Below are positions 23,215-34,868 of a stretch of 36,639 nt of DNA, piece by piece (the first letter of the stretch is position 1; each line of letters starts with the position of its first letter). This stretch comes from Chiloscyllium plagiosum (Eukaryota), in assembly GCF_004010195.1 (NCBI RefSeq), contig NC_057759.1, positions 6,046,598 through 6,083,236 of the forward strand, in the 5' to 3' direction. The notes under the pieces are model-generated. The model did not search any database and was not told the DNA's origin. It saw nothing but the letters and a program-made list of their open reading frames with translations. Position numbers and translations under genes: made by a program.

Positions 23215-25790
23215 TAGTCACTCGTCAGGTAGAAGAAGAAAGGCCAATGGGTTACAGTCAGGGGGCTGAAAGGGAACCAGCAGACAGTGCAGGGATCCAC
23301 TGTGGCCATTCTGTCCCTGTTGCTGAGAAGGGAAGGGGGGAGAGGAAGAGTGCATTCGTCATTGGGCTCTCCATAGTTAAAGGGACATATAGGAGGTTCT
23401 GTGGGAGTGAGACAGACTCATGGTTGGTGTGTTGCCTCCTAGATGCCAGAGTTCATGATTTCTCACATTGTGTTTTCAGGATCCTTGAAGGGGAGGGGGA
23501 GCTGCCCCAAGTTGTGGTTTACATACGCACTAACAACATAGGTAGGAAAAGGGATGGAGATTTAAGGCAGAAAGTCAGGGAGCTAGGGTGGAAGCTTGGA
23601 GCTAGAACAAACAGAGTTGTTATCTCTGATTTGTTGCCCATGCCACATGATAGCGAGAGGAGAGAGAGGAGTTGAACACATGACTAAAGGGATGGTGTGG
23701 GAGGGAGCGTTTTGGATACCTTGATAATTAGGGTAGGTGGGACTTCTACAAAAATGATGGTCTAAACCTGAAGCAAAGTAATACCAATATCCTGGGGGAT
23801 GTTTGCTAATGCTCTTCGGGAGGGTTTAAACAAATTCAGTAGGGGTATGGGAATCTAAATTGTAGTTCCCGTGTCCAGAGGTTGAGCGTAGTTAGGTCAG
23901 AAATATGGTTTCAATGTCACAAGTGTGCACCAGCAAGCAGGAAGGTGGTTTGAAGTGTGTCCACCTCAACACCAGGAGCATCCAGAATAAGTGGGCGAAC
24001 TTGCAGCATGGGTTGGTACCTGGGATCTTGCTATTGCAGTCATTTCAGTGACATGGATCGAGCAGGGACAGGAATGGCTGTCATAGATTCCAGGATTTTG
24101 ATGTTTCAGTAAGAACAGAGAAGATGGTAATAAAGAGGGGGAGGTGTGGCATTGTTAGTCAAGGACAGTATTACAGTGGCAGAAAGGATGTTTGAGGACT
24201 TTTCTAATGAGGTAGCATGGACTCAGGTTAGAAACAGGAAAGGAGAGGTCGCCCTGTTGGGAGTTTTCTATAGGCCTCAGAATAGTTCCAGAGATGTAGA
24301 GGAAAGGATTGTAAAGATGATTCTGGATAGGAGCAGAGTAACAGGGTAGTTCTTATGGGAACTTTAACTTTCAAAGTATTGATTGGAAATACTATATGTT
24401 GAGAACTTCACATGGGTCAGTTTATGTCCAATGTGTGCAGAAGGGTTTCCTGAAACAGTGTGTACACAGACCAACCAGGGTCCGGGCCATAACGGATTTG
24501 GTACTGGGTAATGAACCCGGCCAGGTGTTAGATTTGGAGGTAGGTGAGTACTTTGGTGAGAGTGACCACAATTCAGTTATGTTTACTTTATGAAGGAAAG
24601 GGGGATCTGTTTATACTGCAGGGCAAGATTTATGATGCATAGGATTGGGAAGGAAACTGCAGGGGATAGGCACAATTGAAATGTGGAGCTTATTCAAGGA
24701 ACAGCTAGTGCGTGTCCTTGATTGGCATGTACCTGTCAGACAGGGAGGAAGGGGGTGACTGAGGGAGCCACGGTTTACTAAGAAAGTTGATCTCTTGTCA
24801 AGAGGAAGGCAGAGGCTTATGTTAGGATGAGACGTGAAGGCTCAGTTAGGGCGCTTGAGAGCAACAAGCTAGCCAGGAAAGACCTAAAGAGAGAATTAAG
24901 AAGAGCCAGGAGGGGACAAGAGAAGTCTTCGGCAGAAAGGATCAAGGAAAACCATAAAACTTGAAAAAGACAATGTTGTCGAGGATAATATTGAGATACA
25001 GGCTACTAGACTAGATGGGATATGGGTTCACAAGGAGGAGGAGTTAGCAATTCTGGAAAATGTGAATATAAATAATCTCCTGGACTAGATGTGATTTATC
25101 CTAGGATTCTCTGGGAAGCCAGGGAGGAGATTGCAGAGCCTTTGTCTTTGACCATTAGGTTATCATTGTCTACAAGAATAGTGCCAGAAGATTGGAAGGT
25201 AACAAATGTTCCCCTTGTTCATGAGGGAAGTAGAGATCACCCTGGTAATTATAGTCCAGTGAGCCTTATTTTGGTTGTGGGTAACATGTTGGAAAAGGCT
25301 AGAAGAGACCAGATTTATAATCATCTCGATAGGAATAAGGTGGTTAGGAACAGTCAATATGGCTTTGTGAAGGATAGGTCATGCCTCACAAATCTTATTG
25401 AGTTCCTTGAGAAGGTGACCAAACAGGTTAATGAGGGGAAAGCAGTTGATGCAGTGTATATGGATTTCAGTAAAGTATTAGATAAGGTGTTTTCAGTAAT
25501 TTTTCCAATGGTAGGCTACTGCACAAAATATGGAGGCATGGGATTGAGGGTCATTTAGCAGTTTGGTTCAGAAATTGGCTAGCTGAAAAAAAACACAGGG
25601 TGGTGATTGATGGGAAATATTCATCCTGGAGTTCAGTTACTAGTGGTGTACCGCAAGAATCTGTTTTGGGTCCACTGCTGTTTATTATTTTTTATAAATG
25701 ACCTGGATGAGGGTATAGAAGGATGGGTGAGTAAATTTGCGGATGACACGGAGGTTGGTGGAGTTGTGGACAGTGCCGAAGGATATTGCA
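23215..25790 (+). mobile_element. Decayed long CR1 LINE: ORF1 SGNH-esterase-like region, APE endonuclease, RT to the FADD motif
   Basis: VIGLSIVKG...VVYIRTNNIG; LLGVFYRPQN; PTR...DLVLGNE...GESDHN; NYSPVSL...QYGFVKDRSCLTNL...YMDFSK; SKFADD. Confidence 0.92.
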
Positions 25791-26535
25791 ATGCTATTCC
25801 TTATCAAAAATGATGCTCACCTTCCTCTCTTGCCTCCCTTTCTGTCCTGTAGCATTTACATCCTGGAACATTAAGCTGCCAGTCCTGTCCATCCCTGAGC
25901 CATGTTTCTGTAATTGTTATGATATCGCAGTCCTATGTTCCTAACCATGCCCTGAATTCAGCTGCCTTCCCTGTTAGGCCTCTTGCATTGAAATTAATGC
26001 AGTTTAATTTATCAATCCTGCCTTGTTCTCGGCTTTGTCCCTGCCTGCCTTAACTGTTTGACTGGCCTTTGTTCTCAACTGTACCAGCACGGTCCCTCAC
26101 AGCGCCAGGGACCTGGGTTCAATTCCAGCCTTGGGCGACTGTCTGTGTGGAGTTTGCACATTCTCCCCGTGTCTGCGTGGGTTTCCTCCGGGTGCTCCGG
26201 TTTCCTCCCACAGTCCAAAGATGTGCAGGTTAGGTGAATTGGTCATGCTAAATTGCCTGTAGAGTTAGGTGCATTAGTCAGAGGGAATAGGTCTGGGTGG
26301 GGTTACTCTTCGGAGGGTCGGTGTGGACCAACTGGGCAGAAGGCCCTGTTTCCACACTGTAGGGAATCTAATCTAATCTAAGATAATCTTATCTCATCTC
26401 TTTCCTCACCATCTCCCTGGGTCCCACCCCCACCTTACTAGTTTAAATCCTCCCGAGCAGTTCTAGCAAATCTCCCAGCCAGTATATTAGCCCCCTTCCA
26501 ATTTAGGTGCAATCCGTCTTTCTTGCACAGCTCTT
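25790..26535 (-). mobile_element. Inverted fragment of another CR1 (ORF1/ORF2 junction), interrupted by a SINE
   Basis: Minus strand aaactgcattaatttcaatgcaagagg...gcgatatcataacaattacagaaacatggctcaggg resembles an APE start (CINFNAR...DIITITETWL). Confidence 0.65.
26087..26380 (+). mobile_element. tRNA-derived V-domain SINE (HE1-like), partly deleted head
   Basis: gggttcaattcc B box, V domain, (AATCT)n tail; highly similar to 22667-22970. Confidence 0.88.
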
Positions 26536-27207
26536 TTCTTTACTTAGAGTAATTGAGGCGTGGAATATTCTGCCTGCAACTGTAGTAGACTTGCCAACTT
26601 TAAGGGCTTTTAAATGGTCAGATAAACATATGGATGAAAATGCAATAGTGTACTGCGCTGTCATGTTCTAAGTTCTATTATCTCACTAAATCTTTTCTAC
26701 TCTTGTTTCAAATTACGATTATATGATCGCATTGAGTATTTGAGAGAATGGTATTGAGTTTTCTTGCATTTTATATCAGATTTCATAGGAATGCAGGGCT
26801 ATTTGGAGAGGATGAAAGCTAATTTGAAACAATGGCACAAGAAGCCTTTTTGATGAAGATAAGAGTCATTAAAAAACCTGTTCCTGCAAGTTGGAGAAAT
26901 GGAGAATGATGTTGTGCTAAAGGTGGGGATGGCAACTCCTCTGCCACCATGATACATTGATGGAAATGGAACGCTGTCTGAATGGGAGTAGAATTGTTAG
27001 CTGGATGTTTCTGACTGCTGCAGACCACAGTGACTTCATGGAAGAGTGATATTCATTTTGATTTTCTGTTGCCTGCAGTGTATATGGAACTGTTAATCCA
27101 GCTCTGCAGTTATGATGTTTGTATTTTGAACTAATTCTCAATTAGTCAGTTGCTGTGTGTGTGTCTGCGTGTCTGTGCCTACAGTAATTATTCCCTATTG
27201 TCAGGAG

Positions 27208-27365
27208 TAAAAACAGAAATTCCTGGAGAAACTCAGTTCTAAATAACAATTGCTGGCCCCAATACATTAACTCTGTTTTCTCTCCACACATGCTGCTAGA
27301 CATGCTGAGTTTTTTTTTCAGCACTTTCTCCTTTTGTTTGCAGCCTCCAGCATCTGCAGTTTTAT
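27208..27365. mobile_element. Probable Penelope-derived palindromic remnant (another family)
   Basis: aaaaacagaaattcctggagaaactcag / ctgagtttttttt; ends ctccagcatctgcag like family B; absent from the paralogous segment near 1290-1330. Confidence 0.5.
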
Positions 27366-27724
27366 TTGTCAGGTTTTGGCACAGAATGGGTGTTTGGAAT
27401 TCACATTATTTAATTGTCATGTGACTATATATGACAACTATTCATTAAAGGATTAACTCTGTCCTGCCCAAACACTAATAAATTAATAACACTGCTTCAT
27501 CCTGTAAATTGGTGACTTTTTTCTGGTTTCCTTCTATCTCTGTATTTAACACCTGTGTTATATATGGTTTTTGAAATGATGTTACAGTCTGATTTTCTTT
27601 TCCATCTTGATTTTAACTTTAAAAATGTCATGTTAAATGTAGATTTAATGCCTTTGCTGGGCATCTATTTCAGATAAGAATTCTGAAAAATGGTGTAAAC
27701 ATCAATGGACTTGACAATATTAGG

Positions 27725-29770
27725 AAGAACTTTCAAACTTTGATTGGCAGCAGATGCTCGTAGGTAAAGGAACAGCTGGAAAATGGGAAACCTTTAAAAA
27801 TGAGATAACAAGAGTCCAGAGACAGTCTGTTCCTGTGAGGGTGAACGGCAAGTCTGGAAAGTGTAGAGAATGCTGGTTGATGGAGAAATTGAGGTTTTGG
27901 TCCAGAGAAAGAAGGAAACATATGTCAAGTGTAGACAGCAGAGATCAAGTGAATCCTAAGAAGAGGAGTAGGAGTATAATTAAGAGGGAAATCAGGAGGG
28001 CAAAAAGGGGGCATGAGATAACTTTGGCAAACAGGGTTAAGGAAAATGCCAAGGGATTTTATGAAAACATTAAGGACAAAAGGTAACTAGCGAGAGATTA
28101 GCACCCCTCAAAGATCAGCAAGGTGGCCTTTGTGTGTAGCCACAGAAGATGGGGGAGATACTAAAAGAGTATTTTGCATCACTGTTTACTGTGGAGAAGG
28201 ACATGGAAGATATAGAATGTGGGGAAATAGATGGTGATATCTTGAAAGATGTCCTTATTACAGAGGAAGAAGTACTGGATGTCTTGAAATGCATAAAGGT
28301 AGATAAATCCCCAGGACCTGATCAGGCATATCCTAGAACTCTGTGGGAAGTTACCAAAGTGATTGCTGTGTCCCTTGCCGGGATATTTTTATCAGGACAG
28401 TTACAGATGAGGCGTCAGAAGACTAGAGGTTGGCTAACGTGGTACTACTGTTTAAGAAAGGTGGTAAGGAAAAGCCAGGGAACTTTAGGCTGGTAAGCCT
28501 GCCATTGGTGTTGAGCAAGATGTTGGAGGGAATCCTGACGGACAGAATTTATACGTATGTTGAAAGGCAAGAACTGATTCGGGACAGTGAACATGACTTT
28601 GTGCGTGGGAAACCATGACTCACAAACTCAATTGCGTGTTCTGAAGAAGTAACAAAGAGGATTTCCTCATGGGAGACTAGTTAGCAAGGTCAGATCTCAC
28701 TGAATACAGGGAGAACCCGCCATTTGGATATAGAACTGGCTCAAAAGGTAGAAGACAGAGGGTGGTAGCGGAGGGTTGTTTTTCAGACTGGAGGCCCGTG
28801 ACCAGTGGAGTGCTATAAGGATAGGTGCTGTATCTACTACTTTTCATTATTTATAGAAATGATTTGGATGTGAGCATAGGAGGTACAGTTAGTAAGTTTG
28901 CAGGTAACACTAAAATTGGAAGTGTAGTGGACAGCGAAGAAGGTTACCTCAGATTACAATGGGATCTTGATCAGATGGGCCAATAGGCTGAGGAATGGCA
29001 GGTGGAGATTTTTTAAGATAAATGCAAAATGCTGCATTTTGGGAAAACAGACTTATACACTTAATGGTAAGGTCCTAGCGAGTGTTGCTGAACAAAGAGA
29101 CCTTGGAGTGCAGGTGCATAGTTCCTTGAAAGTGGAGTCGCAGGTAGATAGGATAGTGAAGAAGGCGTTTTGTATGCTTTCCTTTATTGGTCAGAACATT
29201 GAGTACATTTTGCAGCTCTTCAGGACATTGGTTCAGCCACTTTTGGAATATTGCACACAGTTCTGGTCTTCTCCCTATCAGAAGGATGCTGTTCAGAAAA
29301 TATTTACAAGGATGCTGTCAGGGTTGAAGGATTTGAGCTAGAAGGAAAAGTTGAATAGACTGGGGCAGTTTTCCCTGGAGCATTGGAGGCTGACGAGTGA
29401 CCTTATAGAGGTTTATAAAATCATGAGGGGCATGGATAGGAGAAATAGACAAGGTATGTTCCCTGGGATGGGGGAGTCCAGAACAAGTGGGCATACGTTT
29501 AGGGTGAGATGGAAATGATATGAAAGAGACCTAAGTGGCAAGGTTTTCATGCAGAGGGTGGTAGATGCATGGAATGAAATGCCAGAGGAAGTGGTGGGGG
29601 CTAGTACAATGCAAATTTAAAAAGCATCTGAATTCATATATGAATAGGAATAGTTTGGAGGGATATGGACTGGATGCTGGCACGTGGACTAGATTGGGTT
29701 GGAATAGCTGGTTGGCATAGACAAGTTGGACCGAAGGGTCTGTTTCCATGCTGTACGTCTCTGACTCAAT
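27725..29770 (+). mobile_element. CR1 LINE ORF2 (linker, RT, C-terminus) to the 3' tail, decayed
   Basis: KVDKSPGPD; ANVVLLFKKGGKEKPGNFRLVSL; DLGVQVHSSLKVESQVDRIVKKAF; tail ctgtacgtctctgactcaatga. Confidence 0.92.
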
Positions 29771-30378
29771 GATTGATGAGAGTAGAGCGGTGGACATGAT
29801 CTATGTGGACTCCAGTAAGACGTTTAACAAGTTTCCACATTGTAGACTGGTTGGCAAGGTCAGATCACATGAAAATCAGGGAGAACTAGCAATTTGGACA
29901 CGGAATTGACTTGAATGTGGAAGACAGAGGGTGGTGGTGGAGGGTTACCTTGCAGACTGGAGACCTGTGATCTGTCATGAGCACAAGGATCAGTGCTGGG
30001 TTCACTGCTTTTCATCAATTATATGAATGATTTGAATATGAACATGAAAGGTTTGCAGATGGCATGAAAATTGACATAGTAGTGGACAGCAAAGAAGGTT
30101 CCCTCAGAGTACAACAGGATCATGATCAGATGGGCCACTGGGTGTGAGCAGTGGCAGATGAAGTTTCATTCAGATAAATTTGAGGTGCTTCATTTTGGAA
30201 AGGCAAATCAAGGCAGGAGTTATACACTTAATGGTAAGGTCCTGGAGAGTATTGCTGAACAAAAAGACCATGGAGTGCAGGTTCATAGTTCCTTGAAAGT
30301 AAAATCGCTGGTCAATAAGATCATGCAGAAGGCATTTAGTATGCTCTTCTTTATTGGTCCGAACATAGAATATAGGGG

Positions 30379-30603
30379 TTCTGGATTAGTAGTGCTGGAA
30401 GAGCACAGCAGTTCAGGCAGCTTCCGAGGGGCAGTAAAATCAATGTTTCGGGCAAAAGCCCTTCATCAGGATTCCTGATGAAGGGCTTTTGCCCGAAACG
30501 TCGATTTTACTGCTCCTCAGATGCTGCCTGAACTGATGTGCTCTTCCAGCACCACTAATCCAGAATCTGGTTTCCAGCATAAAACCAGTCATTGTTTTTA
30601 TCT
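30379..30603. mobile_element. Penelope-derived palindromic insertion (family B), 93-bp arms
   Basis: Arms 30379-30471 and 30473-30565 with a 1-nt spacer; flanking repeat at[a/t]gaatatagg[g/a]gttc (30365-30381, 30604-30620). Confidence 0.9.
30475..30502 (+). ncRNA. Minimal hammerhead ribozyme motif (family B), intact core
   Basis: CTGATGA-A-GGGC-tttt-GCCC-GAAA-CG-TC. Confidence 0.7.
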
Positions 30604-31533
30604 ATTGAATATAGGAGTTCAGACGTCATGTTGTGGGTATACAGGTAATTGGTTTGGCCGCTATTGGAATATTGTGTCCAATTCTGGTCTTCTTCCTATC
30701 GGAAGGAGGTTGTGAAACATGAAACATTCAGAAAAGATTTACAAGCTTGTTACCAGGGTTGGAGTATTTGAGCAAAAAGGAAGGCTGAAGAAGTTGGGCC
30801 TGTTTTCCCTGGAGTGTTGGAGGCTGAGGGGTGACCTGACAGAATTTTATAACCTTTATAAAATTCTGACCTTTATAAAATCAGGAGGGTCTTGGATAGG
30901 CAAAATAGACAAGGTATTTTCCTTGAGGTGGAGGAGTCCAGAACGAGAGGGCACAGGTTTCAGGTGAGAGGGAAAAGACTTAAAAGAGACCTAAGGGGCA
31001 ACGTTTTTATGCAGGTGGTGGTGTGGAATGAGCTGCCAGAGGAAGTGGTGGAGGCTGGAACAATTCCAAAATTTGAAAGGCATCTGGACACTTACATGAA
31101 TACACGGTGGACGCTGCAAAACGTGTTAGATTGTGGACATGGATACCACTATTAGGCATGGGAACACCTCCCACCGTGTACATGGCAGGTACTCATGTGA
31201 CTCAGCCAACATTGTCTATCTTATACGTTGCAGGCAGGGATGCCCCGAGGCAAGGTACATTGGGGAAACCGAGCAAAGGCTATGACAACGGATGAATGGG
31301 CACCGCACAACAATCAACAGACAGGAGGGTTCCCTCCCAGTTGGGGAACACTTCAGTGGTCCAGGACATTTAGCCTCGGACCTTCGGGTGACCATCCTCC
31401 AAGGTGGACTTCGGGACAGGCAACAGAGGAAAGTGGCCGAGCAGAGGCTGATAGCTAAGTTCGGTACCCATAGGGAGGGCCGCACCCGGGACCTTGGGTT
31501 CATGTCACATCACAGGTGATCACCATTGCACTA

Positions 31534-31817
31534 NNNNNNNNNNNNNNNNNNNNNNNNNNNNNNNNNNNNNNNNNNNNNNNNNNNNNNNNNNNNNNNNNNN
31601 NNNNNNNNNNNNNNNNNNNNNNNNNNNNNNNNNNNNNNNNNNNNNNNNNNNNNNNNNNNNNNNNNNNNNNNNNNNNNNNNNNNNNNNNNNNNNNNNNNNN
31701 NNNNNNNNNNNNNNNNNNNNNNNNNNNNNNNNNNNNNNNNNNNNNNNNNNNNNNNNNNNNNNNNNNNNNNNNNNNNNNNNNNNNNNNNNNNNNNNNNNNN
31801 NNNNNNNNNNNNNNNNN
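31534..31817. other. Assembly gap (N run)
   Basis: Directly visible. Confidence 1.
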
Positions 31818-31903
31818 GAGATGCTGGTGTTGAACTGGGGTGTACAAAGTTAAAAATCACACAACACCAGGTTATAGTCCAACAGGTTTAATTGGAAGCA
31901 CAC

Positions 31904-31932
31904 TAGCTTTCGGAGCGATGCTCCTTCATCAG
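31904..31932 (-). ncRNA. Minimal hammerhead ribozyme motif (family A), intact core
   Basis: Minus strand CTGATGA-A-GGAGC-atc-GCTCC-GAAA-GC-TA. Confidence 0.7.
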
Positions 31933-31957
31933 GTACGATCGAGCCCTCCACAATCAC

Positions 31958-31986
31958 CTGATGAAGGAGCGTCGATCCGAAAGCTA
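31958..31986 (+). ncRNA. Minimal hammerhead ribozyme motif (family A), one stem II mismatch
   Basis: CTGATGA-A-GGAGC-gtc-GATCC-GAAA-GC-TA. Confidence 0.6.
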
Positions 31987-32739
31987 GTGTGCTTCCAATT
32001 AAACCTGTTGGACTATAACCTGGTGTTGTGTGATTTTTAACTTTGTACACCCCAGTTCAACACCGGCATCTCCGAGTCATGAATAGGAATGGTTTAGAGG
32101 GATATGGGCCAAGTGCTGGCAAACTGCACTAGTGCTGCCAAATGGGACAAGAGTGGTTTTGGATATTTGGTTGGCATGGATGGGTCAGACCGAATGGTCT
32201 GCTTATGTGCTGTACATCTTTATAATTCTATGGCTGTGAATTATAACTATTGTTGGCAAATGGGGTAATGTACATAAAGAATGGTGAGGGAGAAAAAGAA
32301 TTGTAATTCTTCTGTGATATAATTCCTCTTGATTTGACAATTTCTCTCTGGAAATTGAGTCAATGTGTGTTTAATTCAATCTGCTCTGTAACTACGGAAA
32401 GGATGTTCTTCAGTCTGACTGCAGTAACATACCTGCTGTTTGTTAGAAGGAAATGATCATATTTGGCTTTGTACTGAGGATATTACACTATCTTGGTCCT
32501 TCAAGTAATTGTATAGAGGAAGACAGAAGAGATATCATTTGTCAATCAACATTAAGTCAATGTAATAATTTAATAACCATTAGGCTGTTTTTCCTTCAAG
32601 ACAGCAATTCCAACAGGACCACAGGGCTGATTCTATTCTTGGCCTGAGCTGCTCTTTGGTGATTGTATCAAAAAAAACTGTACCAATTCACTGAGGACCA
32701 ATACTAACCAACAAATGGGATAATGCAAGTGCATGTCTG

Positions 32740-34020
32740 GATATGAAAGATTCCTTATCTATCCATAGCTGTCAGTTCCTGCTCAGTGAATGTGTGAGGA
32801 CAATTATCAAGATGTACCTGTTAAATGCTGCTCTGTGAATATGAGTGTAATTATCAAACTGTAATTATCAATCCATATAATCTGTGCAAACATGTGAGTG
32901 AATGCATTTATCAATTTGGCCCTGTCACTCTATGGTAAATATATTTACATTTTCTCATCACAAAGACAAATAGGGACAGACTGATAACTACACTCATTCA
33001 CATAGCATAAACCGACAGGTGCAGGTTGATAACTGAACTCATGTATCCACATAGAGGAAACTGCCAGAGACTGGTTGTTATATACATTTCATACATTTCA
33101 AATAAATAGGATCAGTCCCTATGTGTTTCTCTGATGTGAATATGCGAGTTTAGTTATCTATATATACCTGTCAGTTTTTGCCCTGCGAATGTGTGTGTTT
33201 GCTTACCAATCTGTCCCTAACAGTTTCTGCTGTGTGTCTGAGAGTGCAGTTATCAACCTGAACCTGTCAGTTTCAGCTATGATAATGTGAGTTTCGCTAT
33301 TAGGCTCTACCTGTCAGACTCTGCTTTATGAATATTAAATGCAGTCATCAATTTGTACCCATCACTTTCTTCTATGTGAATGTAGATATTGATCTCTACC
33401 TGTAAGTTTAAGCTGTACCAATATGTGAGTGCAATTATCAAACCGGTCAGGTTTCGCTATTTGACACCAGAGTATCATTTTTAATCTGTTTCAACGATGT
33501 AAATATGAGAGTTTAGAGAACAATCTGTCCCTGTCGGTTTCTTCCCTGTCGATGTAAATACAGTTATTGATCACATTCTGCTGTGTGAATGTGGAAGTAT
33601 TAATCAAACTGTAGCTGTCAGTTTCAGTGATGTGAATGTGGGAGTCCAGTTATCATTCTCTACCTGTCAATTTCTTCTTTGTCAAAGTGAGTGTAACTGT
33701 CAATCTGTACCTTTCAGACTCTGCCGTGTGAATACATAAATATAGTTGTCAATCTGTAGCTGTCAGTTTCTGCTTGGTGAATATGTTTATGTAATTGTCA
33801 ATCCTTCCAATTTCTACTATGTGAATGTGAGAGCTGAGATTTCACCTATCGCTCTCAGTTTCTGCTTTGCGAATGTTAGAGTTTAGTTATCAATCTTTCC
33901 CTGTCGGGCTTTGTAATGTCAGTATTCGAGTGTATTTATTAATCTTTTCCTGTCAGTTTGTGTGACTGTAGTTATCAACCTGTACCTCTCAGATTCTGCT
34001 CTCTGAGAGTGTACTTATCC
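32740..34020 (+). repeat. Diverged ~47-49-bp minisatellite containing a short inverted block
   Basis: Same unit as 15525-16530; cctgtcag at 33263 and 33310; reverse-orientation units near 32960-33080. Confidence 0.85.
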
Positions 34021-34193
34021 ATTTGATTTGATCTGATTTATTATTCTCACACGCACTGAGATACAATGGAAAGTATTGTTTTGTGTGCTTTACAGGCAGA
34101 TAATATCATACAAAATGCATCACAGTAATAGAACAGAATCCGCAACACAGTATTAAAGCTGCAAAGAGAAAGAGCTTAACATTAAAAATTGAG

Positions 34194-34390
34194 CAAGAAT
34201 GGAAAAGCATAGCAGGTCAGGCAGCATCCGAGGAGCAGGAAAATCGACGTTTCAGGCAAAAGCCTTTCATCAGGAATGTCAGAAACGTCAGTTTTCCTGC
34301 TCCTTGGATACTGCCTGTCCTGCTGTGCTTTTCCAGCACTATTCTAATCTTGACTCGAATCTCCAGCATCTGCAGTACCAACTTTCACCT
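34194..34390. mobile_element. Penelope-derived palindromic insertion (family B)
   Basis: ggaaaagcatagcaggtcaggcagcatccgaggagcaggaaaa / ttttcctgctccttggatactgcctgtcctgctgtgcttttcc; flanked by ttaaaa[a/t]ttgag. Confidence 0.8.
34246..34273 (-). ncRNA. Minimal hammerhead ribozyme motif (family B), intact core with A-U closing pair
   Basis: Minus strand CTGATGA-A-AGGC-tttt-GCCT-GAAA-CG-TC. Confidence 0.65.
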
Positions 34391-34593
34391 TTAAAATTTG
34401 AGTAGTTCATTCAAAAGTCTGATAACAACAGGGAAGCTGTTCTTGAGTTTGTTGGGTGGTGTCTTCAAACTTCTGTATTTTCTGGTGGTAGCTAGGAAAA
34501 TATTAGTTTTTATACGGAAGATAGGGTGGGTGGAAGGGTGATGAGTAAAAGACAGATGGAGATAGAGTCCAAAGAAAGAAGAACAGTAGGACA

Positions 34594-34868
34594 GAGAAAG
34601 GAGTGGCTAACTGTCAGAGCTCAAGCCCTGTAGTTGTTGAACTCAATATTGAGTCCAGAAGGCTGTCGAGACACTGGCAGTGAGTGAAAGAAGATTAGAA
34701 TCCCAACAATTAGTGGAAACTAGTATGGAGAACAGAATAAGAATAGATTGTCCCAGTGCAGACACAACAGGCTGAATGGCTGTACCAAAGGAGAAAGGAG
34801 TGGCTAACTGTCAGAGCTCAAGCCCTGTAGTTGTTGAACTCAATATTGAGTCCAGAAGGCTGTCGAGA
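34594..34868. repeat. 78-bp direct duplication flanking a 122-bp inverted copy of 36363-36484
   Basis: 34594-34671 equals 34791-34868; 34667-34788 is the reverse complement of 36363-36484. Confidence 0.95.

Larger units (their letters stand above)
31818..32072. repeat. Near-perfect inverted repeat with 117-bp arms (31818-31934, 31956-32072)
   Basis: Arms are reverse complements, which produces the mirror-image ORFs on the two strands. Confidence 0.95.
31103..32077 (+). mobile_element. 5'-truncated Penelope-like element: GIY-YIG endonuclease C-terminus, assembly gap, palindromic terminal repeat
   Basis: Frame 31103-31519 reads RCKTC*...SCDSANIVYLIRCRQGCPEARYIGETEQRL*QRMNGHR...EHF...AEQRLIAKF; direct repeat catgaata at 31095-31102 and 32078-32085. 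Confidence 0.85.
29771..32235 (+). mobile_element. Second tandem CR1 LINE 3' portion, interrupted by two Penelope insertions
   Basis: WQMKFHSDKFEVLHFGKAN; LKKLGLFSLECWRLRGDL; WNELPEEVVEAG; resumes at 32078 and runs to the tail tgctgtacatctttataattcta. Confidence 0.88.
34021..34485 (-). mobile_element. Probable LINE 3' end, family uncertain
   Basis: (ATTTG)n-like tail followed by tttattat; interrupts the minisatellite. Confidence 0.4.

Noticed and set aside
31494..31891. ORFs spanning the N run
   Set aside because: Artefacts of the assembly gap
31840..32050. Near-identical 66-aa ORFs on opposite strands
   Set aside because: A consequence of the DNA palindrome, not genes; the same applies to the paired ORFs near 35000-35250 and the two MITE arms
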